Below the pieces are notes generated by a model, which was given only the letters and a program-made list of their open reading frames with translations, did not search any database and was not told the origin of the DNA. Below, piece by piece: positions 7,030 to 14,466 of a DNA stretch of 16,069 nt. Positions within the stretch are counted from its first letter, which is position 1. Every line of letters starts with the position of its first letter. The stretch comes from a virus (Duplodnaviria; Heunggongvirae; Uroviricota; Caudoviricetes). Position numbers and translations under genes: made by a program. Location of the stretch: IMG/VR virus record IMGVR_UViG_2526164651_000005; one strand, 5' to 3'.

Positions 7030-7167
7030 TTTCCCGCCTGTTAATGTGCTCGCCAATATTCATTACCAGGCGGGAAAACGATCGGTGCGATTACTGATTT
7101 CCTTATGAAAAACGGTTGAGTGTTTGCCGCGTCCTGGAGTTCCTTACTTAACCCCAGGACTTTTTTT
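7030..7167 (+). promoter_or_regulatory. Structured leader of the capsid operon: perfect 11-bp long-range stem (7030..7040 with 7067..7077) and a terminator-like hairpin (GTCCTGG 7131..7137 with CCAGGAC 7154..7160) followed by T7 abutting the capsid ATG
   Basis: Inverted repeats read from the sequence. The T7 run occupies the position where a Shine-Dalgarno would be expected. A second CCAGGAC copy at 7012..7018 could pair alternatively with 7131..7137. Confidence 0.4.
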
Positions 7168-8325
7168 ATGCAGAGAATAATCGAATTACGCCAGCAGAAA
7201 ACCGCCATTAAAAATCAGATGCGCGACATGCTGGAGAACGCTGAAAAAGAAAACCGCAGTCTTAACGATGCTGAGGGCGCAAAATTTGACGAATTACGCG
7301 CTAAAGCTGAATCCCTCGCTAAAGACATTTCCCGCCTTGAAGCCATTGCAGACGAAGAGCGCAGCAAGCCAGGTAAAAGCAGCCAGACCACTGACCCCGC
7401 AGAACTACGCAACTACATTCTGACCGGTGAAACCCGCGCATTAAGTACAGGCGTTCCCGCTGATGGTGGTTATACCGTTATCCCTGAACTGAACACCGAA
7501 ATCATGCGAATGCTGGCGGATGAATCCACCATGCGCCGCATCTGTACCGTGAAGAAAATCAGCAGCAACGAGTTTAAGCAGCTTGTTTCCGCTGGCGGTG
7601 CGACCGTTAACCACGGTGAAGAGGGTAAGGCACGCGAACAGACCAGCACCCCGCAGATTAACGAGGTGAGCATTAAGCTGTATCCGGTCTATGCGTACCC
7701 GCGCACCACACAGGAAATCGTGGATTTTTCCGATGTGGACATCCTTTCATGGCTGACGGGTGAGATTGGCGACACCTTCACGGAAACCGAAGAAAGCGAT
7801 CTGGTTGTGGGCGACGGTGACAAAAAAGCAAAAGGTTTTTTATCCGTACCCCGTGCAGAGAAGAACGACAAAGAGCGTGATTTTGGTACGTTGCAGGTAA
7901 TTAAACCTTCCGAATCTCTGGCGTGGACATCTGCGGACCCGCTGATCGACCTGAAATTTGCATTACGTAAAAAATACCGCAAAAACACGGTCTGGGTGGT
8001 TAACTCCACGACGGCGGCAAAACTTCAGAAGGTGAAGAACGCGAACGGTGATTATATCTGGCGCGACCGTTTACAGGCGGGTGATCCTGATACGTTGCTG
8101 GGCCTTCCGGTCGAATATCTGGAGTTTATGCCTGATAACGTTATTGCCCTGGGTGACTTCAAACGCGGTTACTACATTGTTGATCACGAAACAGGTGTTC
8201 GCACCAGACCGGACAACCTGACAGAACCAGGATTCATCAAAATTTTCACGCAAAAATATTTAGGCGGTGGCGTGGTGGATTCGAACGCGATCAAGATTCT
8301 GGAACTGCCGGAAGACGACGATTAA
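7168..8325 (+). CDS. Major capsid protein, HK97 fold family, 385 aa
   Basis: Coiled-coil-like N-terminal delta/scaffold region (MQRIIELRQQKTAIKNQMRDMLENAEKE...) followed by a capsid body of typical HK97-like length. Gene context (protease and portal downstream). The track start at 7120 (GTG) was rejected in favour of the ATG at 7168. Confidence 0.9.
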   Translation: MQRIIELRQQKTAIKNQMRDMLENAEKENRSLNDAEGAKFDELRAKAESLAKDISRLEAIADEERSKPGKSSQTTDPAELRNYILTGETRALSTGVPADGGYTVIPELNTEIMRMLADESTMRRICTVKKISSNEFKQLVSAGGATVNHGEEGKAREQTSTPQINEVSIKLYPVYAYPRTTQEIVDFSDVDILSWLTGEIGDTFTETEESDLVVGDGDKKAKGFLSVPRAEKNDKERDFGTLQVIKPSESLAWTSADPLIDLKFALRKKYRKNTVWVVNSTTAAKLQKVKNANGDYIWRDRLQAGDPDTLLGLPVEYLEFMPDNVIALGDFKRGYYIVDHETGVRTRPDNLTEPGFIKIFTQKYLGGGVVDSNAIKILELPEDDD

Positions 8326-8335
8326 CAGCATACAG

Positions 8336-8364
8336 AAGGGGCTAAAAAGCCCCTTTAGTGTTTT
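8336..8364 (+). terminator. Intrinsic terminator-like hairpin after the capsid gene (AAGGGGCT-AAAA-AGCCCCTT, then TAGTGTTTT)
   Basis: Perfect 8-bp GC-rich stem with a 4-nt loop immediately after the capsid stop; the downstream T-tract is interrupted, suggesting a partial terminator. Confidence 0.5.
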
Positions 8365-8937
8365 ATGGGTGAAAAAATTATGAAGAGTATGGAAATCCGG
8401 TCATCGGAAATCACCACCAGCGGAGCCGGCACGCTGACGGGCTACGTTGTTCGCTGGGATAAGCTTTCAGAACTGTTATGGGGTGAGTTTTACGAAAAAT
8501 TCCAGCGGGGGGCGTTTACTGAATGGCTTGCGGCGGGTAATGACGTTCGCGGCCTGTATGAGCATGACCACAGCATGTTACTGGGGCGCACCCGTTCCGG
8601 CACGCTGAAACTGGAAGAGGACGAAACAGGGTTACGCTTTGAACTGACCCCACCGGATACCAGTACAGGGCGCGACGTTATCGAACTGGTTAAGCGTGGG
8701 GACATCTCGGGGATGAGCTTTGGCTTTCGCTCCCGTAAGGATGTATGGGATACCACAACAGATCCATGCGTGCGCACCGTGCTGGTGGCGGAACTGTACG
8801 AAATTACCGTTACATCGGTACCGGCTTACCCCGATTCCGGCGTGGAGCTGGCCCGCCGTTCCCTGTATGAGCAGCACCCCGAAAAAATGCCGCGTGCGGA
8901 TAATCGCCGCTGGTGGGCGGATTTAGCGGGGGTGTGA
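8365..8937 (+). CDS. Prohead maturation protease, HK97 family (about 185-190 aa)
   Basis: Size, position between capsid and portal genes, and HK97 prohead-protease-like sequence (…HDHSMLLGRTRSGTLKLEEDETGL…). Start is ambiguous between ATG 8365 and ATG 8380; the latter has GGGTGA upstream. Confidence 0.85.
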   Translation: MGEKIMKSMEIRSSEITTSGAGTLTGYVVRWDKLSELLWGEFYEKFQRGAFTEWLAAGNDVRGLYEHDHSMLLGRTRSGTLKLEEDETGLRFELTPPDTSTGRDVIELVKRGDISGMSFGFRSRKDVWDTTTDPCVRTVLVAELYEITVTSVPAYPDSGVELARRSLYEQHPEKMPRADNRRWWADLAGV

Positions 8938-8938
8938 T

Positions 8939-10150
8939 ATGTGGCCTTTCAGACGAAAAAAAGAGCAGCGCAGCATGACGCTTGATGAATTTATGGCGCT
9001 GGCCGGCACATCGAACACGGGGGCGGGTGAGTACGTATCATCTGGGACAGCGGAATCACTCCCCGCCGTCATGAACGCCGTCACGGTCATCTCTGAGGCG
9101 GTGGCTACCATGCCGTGTTACCTGTACCTGGTACGCAATGAGAAGGGGAAGGAGGCCCGCGAATGGCTTGATTCTCATCCGGTCGATCACATCCTCAACG
9201 AGCGCCCGAACGCGTGGCAGACACCCTACCAGTTTAAGCGAATGATGATCCGCCACTGCCTGTTAAGTGGTAATGCTTATGCGGTTATTCAGTGGGGGCG
9301 TGATGGTTTTCCGGCGGCTTTACATCCTTACCCGCCGCAGTCGGTGAACGTGGAGCAGACAGGTGATCATAACTGGCGCTACTGCATCACTGACGCCTAC
9401 ACCGGAAACACCCGCAACTATTTACCGTGGGAGGTTCTCCACCTTCGTTACTCCACGGATGACGGTTTTATGGGGCGCTCACCTGTAACCATCTGCCGCG
9501 AATCGCTGGGGCTTGGGCTGGCCCAACAACGCCACGGCGCGAGCGTGATGCGTGATGGCATGATGGCGGCAGGGGTTATCACGTCAGGCGAATGGCTGGA
9601 CGGCGTGAAGGGCAAACAGGCATTAGCCGCACTGGAACGCTACAAAGGGGCCAGAAACGCCGGAAAAACGCCCATCCTTGAAGGGGGGATGAGCTATCAG
9701 CAGCTGGGCATGAGTAATCAGGATGCCGAATGGCTGGCCTCCCGTCGCTTCACCATTGAAGACATCGCCCGAATGTTCAATGTCTCGCCGATTTTTTTGC
9801 AGGAATACAGCAACAGCACCTACAGCAACTTCAGCGAGGCAAGCCGCGCATTTCTCACCATGACGATGCGCCCGTGGCTGGCGAACTTTGAGCAGCAGAT
9901 AAAAAACGCCTTGCTGGTGGCCTCGCCTGTACCTGGTATCCGGTATCAGGTGGAGTTTGACAGCGCGGACCTGTTACGGGCCACACCTGGCGAACGCTTT
10001 GCCACCTATGAGCGCGGCATAAAATCCGGCGTTATGTGTCCGAACGAAGCCCGCGAACGTGAAGGGCTGTCACCGCGTGATGGTGGTGATGAGTTCAGCC
10101 AGGCATGGAAACAGGAAGTAAAAATCAGCGAGGGAGAAAAACCGGAATGA
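8939..10150 (+). CDS. Portal protein, HK97 family, 403 aa
   Basis: Length and sequence character of HK97-type portals; tightly coupled to the protease gene upstream and the head-closure gene downstream (overlapping ATGA). Confidence 0.9.
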   Translation: MWPFRRKKEQRSMTLDEFMALAGTSNTGAGEYVSSGTAESLPAVMNAVTVISEAVATMPCYLYLVRNEKGKEAREWLDSHPVDHILNERPNAWQTPYQFKRMMIRHCLLSGNAYAVIQWGRDGFPAALHPYPPQSVNVEQTGDHNWRYCITDAYTGNTRNYLPWEVLHLRYSTDDGFMGRSPVTICRESLGLGLAQQRHGASVMRDGMMAAGVITSGEWLDGVKGKQALAALERYKGARNAGKTPILEGGMSYQQLGMSNQDAEWLASRRFTIEDIARMFNVSPIFLQEYSNSTYSNFSEASRAFLTMTMRPWLANFEQQIKNALLVASPVPGIRYQVEFDSADLLRATPGERFATYERGIKSGVMCPNEAREREGLSPRDGGDEFSQAWKQEVKISEGEKPE

Positions 10151-10485
10151 ACATAGGGCGACTGCGTGACAGGATAACGATTCAGACCCTGAAACAGACC
10201 AGGGATATAACCGGCGAAATACTCGAAACGTGGGAGGACGGTCACACACTCTGGGCAAGCGTGAACATGGTCAGCAGCAAGGAGGCCATTTCATCGGGCG
10301 CAGAGCTGGCGATTGGTACCGTAAGGATCTGGATACGGTACCGGAAGGACATCAACGCCACCAGCCGGATAAAGGTCAGTACGGGGCCGCTGGCGGGGCG
10401 TGTACTGAATATCATCGGGCAGCCGCTGCCGGATGCCGCCAGGACACGCCTTGAAATTCTTTGTCGTGAGGGCGCGGAAAAATGA
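10147..10485 (+). CDS. Head-closure / head-tail joining protein (SPP1 gp16-like), 112 aa
   Basis: N-terminal MNIGRLRDRITIQ... and ...RIWIRYR... match the conserved pattern of phage head-tail joining proteins. ATG at 10147 overlaps the portal stop; AGGGAG lies upstream. Confidence 0.8.
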   Translation: MNIGRLRDRITIQTLKQTRDITGEILETWEDGHTLWASVNMVSSKEAISSGAELAIGTVRIWIRYRKDINATSRIKVSTGPLAGRVLNIIGQPLPDAARTRLEILCREGAEK

Positions 10486-10778
10486 CAGAAGAACTTATCA
10501 CCCTGGAAGAAGTGAAACTCCATTGCCGCATCGATGGCGACGATGAAGACCAGTTAATCAGCGGATACATTGCCGCATCGCTTGAGGCGTGCCAGATACA
10601 CATAGGCAGGCGCTTTGATGACGGGCTGGCGTTCACGCCAGCCATAAAGATTGGCTGCATGATGTTTATCGCTCACCTGTATGAAAATCGCCAGATTGTC
10701 GCGGATAACGCAAAAACACGCGTACCCATGACGATAGGCGCACTCTGGACGGCTTACCGTGATGTGGGGGTGTACTGA
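10482..10778 (+). CDS. gp6-like head-tail connector (adaptor) protein, 98 aa
   Basis: N-terminal ...ITLEEVKLHCRIDGDDEDQLISGYIAAS... resembles the gp6-like connector family. Start overlaps the upstream stop (ATGA). Confidence 0.75.
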   Translation: MTEELITLEEVKLHCRIDGDDEDQLISGYIAASLEACQIHIGRRFDDGLAFTPAIKIGCMMFIAHLYENRQIVADNAKTRVPMTIGALWTAYRDVGVY

Positions 10779-11218
10779 TGCCGTGGCAACCATTAAGACG
10801 ATGCACAGAACCAGGCTGTAACAGGCGCGTTAAATCCGGCAAGTGTGAGGAGCACAGGCGGGCGGCATGGCGTGCAGAGGATGCCAGACGAGGACACCGC
10901 CGCGCGCGTGGATATTCCAGACAGTGGGACAAATACCGCGCCATGTATCTGAGTAAAAACCCGTTATGCGTGCGATGCCTTGAGAAGGGGATATATACGC
11001 CCGCCGTGGTGGTGGATCACATTATCCCGATTAATGGCGGTGATGATGTTCTCTTCTGGCCCGAATGGAACCATCAACCATTGTGCCAGGCGTGTCATAA
11101 CCAGAAAACGAAATGGCTTGATCCGGCAACAAAAAGCAAGCGTGCCGCAGGTGGATTTCGTGAAGAGGAAGAACGGGCTGCTAACCGCAATAACTGGATG
11201 TATGACGCTGATGAATGA
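10778..11218 (+). CDS. HNH endonuclease (terminase-associated), 146 aa
   Basis: Cys-rich zinc-binding pairs (CTEPGC...C..H; C..C; C..C) and the HNH core (VDHIIPI...N.QPLC..CHN.K). Position directly upstream of TerS and TerL, as in HK97-like cos packaging modules. Confidence 0.85.
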   Translation: MPWQPLRRCTEPGCNRRVKSGKCEEHRRAAWRAEDARRGHRRARGYSRQWDKYRAMYLSKNPLCVRCLEKGIYTPAVVVDHIIPINGGDDVLFWPEWNHQPLCQACHNQKTKWLDPATKSKRAAGGFREEEERAANRNNWMYDADE

Positions 11219-11384
11219 GCGGGAACAAAACCGCCTTATCCGTGGACTTATAAGGCAGCGTGACGCATGGAAGACACAGGAAACAGGGCATAAAGATAAA
11301 GCGTCAGGACGCGCAGAACGCATCACAGCGAAGCGATTAACCGACCGTGACCGCGAGGTTATGGAATGTTTCCGCAATCGCTGA
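11211..11384 (+). CDS. Hypothetical small basic protein, 57 aa (MNEREQNRLIRGLIRQRDAWKTQETGHKDKASGRAERITAKRLTDRDREVMECFRNR)
   Basis: ATG overlaps the HNH stop (ATGAATGA), suggesting translational coupling. It is the tail of a longer alternative-frame ORF in the track, so low confidence. Confidence 0.3.
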   Translation: MNEREQNRLIRGLIRQRDAWKTQETGHKDKASGRAERITAKRLTDRDREVMECFRNR

Positions 11385-11506
11385 TGAGGCTGTATGATGG
11401 GGTGGGGGGCGTTTTCAGGACAAACCCGACCCCGCCGGGCACCGAACGCCTCCCCAAATTTTTATGCACGGGAATTTTTTGAAAAATAATCTGACGAAAA
11501 ATAAGC

Positions 11507-11863
11507 ATGGCAAGACCACCGAAAGCCCCCGCCTACCTGGATGATATCGCCGTGAAGCAGTGGCGGGAAAAATCGCGGCAGCTTGCGGAACGGGGAGACC
11601 TGACCCCCGCCGACTGGAGCAATCTGGAACTGTATTGCGTCAACTACTCCATTTACCGGAAAGCCGTTGCAGACCTTGCGGCGCGCGGGTTCAGCATTGT
11701 TAACAGTCAGGGCGGCGAGAGCAGAAACCCCGCATTAAGCGCAAAATCCGACGCTGAAAGAGTGATGATAAAAATGGCCTCCTTGCTCGGTTTTGACCCG
11801 ATAAGCCGCCGTAAAAATCCACCGGAAACAGAAGAAGAGGACGAGCTTGACTGCCTGGAATAA
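11507..11863 (+). CDS. terS: Terminase small subunit, P27 family, 118 aa
   Basis: Conserved P27-family pattern (W...L......D...L..YC..Y........G.........G....NPA.......M......GF.P.SR) and position immediately upstream of TerL. Confidence 0.75.
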   Translation: MARPPKAPAYLDDIAVKQWREKSRQLAERGDLTPADWSNLELYCVNYSIYRKAVADLAARGFSIVNSQGGESRNPALSAKSDAERVMIKMASLLGFDPISRRKNPPETEEEDELDCLE

Positions 11864-13508
11864 GTACGCAGAAGACGTAAAAACGGGCAAAATTCCGGCC
11901 TGTAAACGGTTAAAACAGGCTGTTAAACGGTACTTTTCGGACCTTAAAAGCCCCCTTTACACGTTCGATCGTGAGGTTGTGGAGCGGTTTATTGCCTTTT
12001 CCAGGGTGTGCCCGCACGTAAAAGGACCGATGCGTGGCAGACCCATTGAGCTGGAGCCGTGGCAGCAGTTCGCCTTTGCGTGCATCCTCGGCTTTAAGGT
12101 TAAGGCCACCGGACGGCGCAAATACACGAGCGCCTTTATCGAAGTGCCGCGCAAAAATGCGAAATCCACGACCGCCGCGATTCTGGCTAACTGGTTTCTG
12201 ATTATGGAGAACGGTCAGCAGGATATCTACACCGCAGCGGTGAGCCGTGACCAGGCGCGGATCGTGTTTGATGATGCGCGTCAGATGTGCCTTTTATCCC
12301 GACCGTTACGCAGGCGGGTGAATATTCAGGCGCATAAGGTGATACACCCGAAAAGCAACAGCCTGTTAAAGCCGCTGGCAGCAAAAGCGGCAACCATCGA
12401 GGGGACAAACCCCAGTCTTTCCATCGTGGACGAATACCACCTACACCCCGATAACGGCGTTTATTCCGCGCTTGAGCTGGGGATGGGCGCACGTCCCGAA
12501 GGGCTGTTATTTGCCATTACCACATCGGGCAGTAACGTCGTTTCAGCCTGTAAACAGCACTATGATTATTGCTGCCAGATCCTGGACGGCGAAGAGGTCA
12601 ACGATTCAATTTTTGTACTGATTTACGAACTGGACGACGAAAACGAGGTTGATGATCCGGCGATGTGGATAAAGGCGAACCCTAATATTGATGTTTCCGT
12701 GGATCGTGAAAAACTGGCCTCAACCATCCAGAAAGCGCGGGGTATTCCGTCGCAGTGGGTGGAGATGATGACAAAGCGATTTAATATCTGGTGTCAGGGG
12801 ACTACCCCGTGGATGGGTAATGGTGCATGGGCTGAGTGTGCCGGAACGTTCACGGAGGAAGATTTACACGGTCAGGAGTGTTACGCGGGGCTGGACTTAT
12901 CATCAACCAGCGATATTTCCAGCGTATGCTATGCCTTTCCGGTCGGTAAAACCATTATGCTGATTTCCCGTCATTATCTGCCGGAGTTCCAGCTACAGAA
13001 CCCCGCCAATAAAAACCGCGCTGTCTATCGCCAGTGGGCTAAAGCGGGCTGGATACGCACAACGCCAGGTGACTGCATTGATTACGACCGGATCAGAGAT
13101 GACATCATGCAGGATGCGGAGAAATTTAATATCAGGCTGGTGGGCTTTGATACGTGGAACGCCACGCATCTCAGGACGCAATTACAGGGGGCTGGTTTTG
13201 AGGTGGAGCCGTTCCCGCAAACCTACCTCAGATTCAGTCCGGCGGCGAAATCGTTCGAAGTTTTTGTTAACCGCAGGGTGATTGTGCATCGTGGCGATCC
13301 GGTGTTGTCCTGGTCGATGAGTAACGTCGTGATGCAGAGTGACGCGAACGCCAATATCAAGCCGAACAAGAAAAAATCACCGAACAAGATAGACCCGAGC
13401 GTAGCGGTGCTGATGGCGTTTGGTACATTCCAGGCAGAGCATGAGGCTTTTGCTTTTGATATAAGCGACAGCCACCGCCAGAAACTGGAAGAATTTAGCG
13501 GGGTGTAA
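11847..13508 (+). CDS. terL: Terminase large subunit (ATPase/nuclease), 553 aa
   Basis: Length and sequence features of large terminases. Probable TTG start at 11847 with GAGGA 5 nt upstream, overlapping the end of terS. Start codon uncertain. Confidence 0.9.
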   Translation: MTAWNKYAEDVKTGKIPACKRLKQAVKRYFSDLKSPLYTFDREVVERFIAFSRVCPHVKGPMRGRPIELEPWQQFAFACILGFKVKATGRRKYTSAFIEVPRKNAKSTTAAILANWFLIMENGQQDIYTAAVSRDQARIVFDDARQMCLLSRPLRRRVNIQAHKVIHPKSNSLLKPLAAKAATIEGTNPSLSIVDEYHLHPDNGVYSALELGMGARPEGLLFAITTSGSNVVSACKQHYDYCCQILDGEEVNDSIFVLIYELDDENEVDDPAMWIKANPNIDVSVDREKLASTIQKARGIPSQWVEMMTKRFNIWCQGTTPWMGNGAWAECAGTFTEEDLHGQECYAGLDLSSTSDISSVCYAFPVGKTIMLISRHYLPEFQLQNPANKNRAVYRQWAKAGWIRTTPGDCIDYDRIRDDIMQDAEKFNIRLVGFDTWNATHLRTQLQGAGFEVEPFPQTYLRFSPAAKSFEVFVNRRVIVHRGDPVLSWSMSNVVMQSDANANIKPNKKKSPNKIDPSVAVLMAFGTFQAEHEAFAFDISDSHRQKLEEFSGV

Positions 13509-13521
13509 TGAGGTCAGCAGC

Positions 13522-13803
13522 ATGACAGAAGCCGAAATACTGCGATTAATCCGCCGCGTCTCTGGAATCAGCCAGCAGGCTGACGAACAGACCACGCAGC
13601 CGGACAGCGTGACAGCCGAAAATTATGCGCGTGTTGTTGCTGAGGTGATGCGCCGTGATGGTATCCAGCTTAATGATGCGGATATGCGCGACATACGGAT
13701 CCGCGTTCTGGAAATGCTGGCCTACAATCGCCGCGTTGAACTGTATCGGGAGAAGGAGAAAATCACGTACCACTGGAAGAAGCCGGAGCGGTTACGGCGG
13801 TAA
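13522..13803 (+). CDS. Hypothetical protein, 93 aa (last ORF of the element)
   Basis: GAGGT about 10 nt upstream of the ATG. No recognisable family. Confidence 0.45.
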   Translation: MTEAEILRLIRRVSGISQQADEQTTQPDSVTAENYARVVAEVMRRDGIQLNDADMRDIRIRVLEMLAYNRRVELYREKEKITYHWKKPERLRR

Positions 13804-14052
13804 CTCACTGAGATTAAAGCAAAGCGCAAAATTGCGCTGGCTACATCCCTCACATCTGAGGACTGTTAACCAGCAGGCCGGAATATATTCACAAACTACG
13901 AAATTTTCGCAGTTTAATTACTCGTCAGCTTAATCGCTAACCCGCTCTGATATTTTCGGAAACCTCAATTTGAGGAAGTCGGCGAGGTAACTGTTTGATA
14001 TTCCCGATAGCGCAAAAATGCGCGGTCGGGCAGAATGACCACCACCTCAATC

Positions 14053-14088
14053 GTGACGGAGAGTGACAACCAGTGACACACCGTGACA
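14053..14088. repeat. Four GTGAC(A) motifs at exact 10-bp phasing (14053, 14063, 14073, 14083); candidate binding array for a recombination or regulatory protein
   Basis: Read directly from cGTGACggag aGTGACaacc aGTGACacac cGTGACaaaa. The helical-repeat spacing places all sites on one DNA face. Confidence 0.45.
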
Positions 14089-14140
14089 AAAAGACGGTTT
14101 AACCGTTCATTAAAAATCGACGTGATTTTGTGCTTTCCGG

Positions 14141-14165
14141 ATGACGTGGCCAACGTCATTTTTTA
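14141..14165 (+). terminator. Rho-independent terminator (ATGACGT-GGCCA-ACGTCAT followed by T6)
   Basis: Perfect 7-bp stem with a 5-nt loop and TTTTTT at 14160..14165. On the minus strand no U-tract follows, so it is orientation-specific to the plus strand. Confidence 0.6.
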
Positions 14166-14466
14166 GCGAAAAATTCTGATTAAGGTCACTGGCTGAACGG
14201 TCATAATGACCACGCAGACCATCGAGGCAACCATAGCGATCATCGTTACGGTTGGAGCTTTTCCGCCATTGGTGGAAAAGGTGCACATCTGGATCATCAT
14301 TACGGTGATCAAGGGTATGTAAAACCCACCAGCCTGATTAAAGGTTAACCGGAAAAAAATCCGGTAGCCCCGTTATGGGGATCCCCATATCGACATTAAC
14401 GCCCCTCATGAATTGGTGCGCTTCCCCCTGGAAAGATTACCCGCCTGTATATTTCTTGTGTCTATT

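Larger units (their letters stand above)
1..14165 (+). mobile_element. Integrated phage satellite resembling a capsid-forming PICI (int, alpA, primase/ori, full head and packaging module, no tail genes). Left end lies at or upstream of the window start; right end lies somewhere between 13804 and 14608.
   Basis: Co-linear same-strand array of integrase, AlpA-like regulator, P4-alpha-like primase, iteron origin, HK97-like capsid/protease/portal, head-closure, connector, HNH, TerS and TerL. No tail, tape-measure, baseplate or lysis ORFs anywhere. Host phoQ follows immediately on the opposite strand. Confidence 0.7.

Noticed and set aside
7120-7167. GTG start at 7120 for the capsid gene (401-aa version)
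   Set aside because: The extra 16 residues would be translated through the terminator-like hairpin and are unlike capsid N-termini. The ATG at 7168 begins directly with the coiled-coil delta-domain-like sequence.
7215-10660. Numerous 60-110-aa ORFs on the minus strand and in alternative plus frames across the capsid, protease, portal and adaptor genes
   Set aside because: All are nested inside or antisense to strongly supported structural genes and lack start-site signals; treated as frame artefacts.
10964-13595. Antisense and alternative-frame ORFs across the HNH, TerS and TerL genes, including the 134-aa plus-frame ORF at 10980..11384 as a whole
   Set aside because: Overlap with well-supported genes. 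Only the part of the 10980 frame lying downstream of the HNH stop (11211..11384) was kept as a low-confidence candidate.
1-14165. Classification as a classical P4-type satellite or as an intact or defective HK97-like prophage
   Set aside because: No Sid/Psu/Delta-like capsid-size-redirection genes, which a P4-type satellite would need. A prophage would require tail, lysis and immunity genes and a much larger size. The combination seen fits a capsid-forming satellite better, although the region upstream of the window is not visible.
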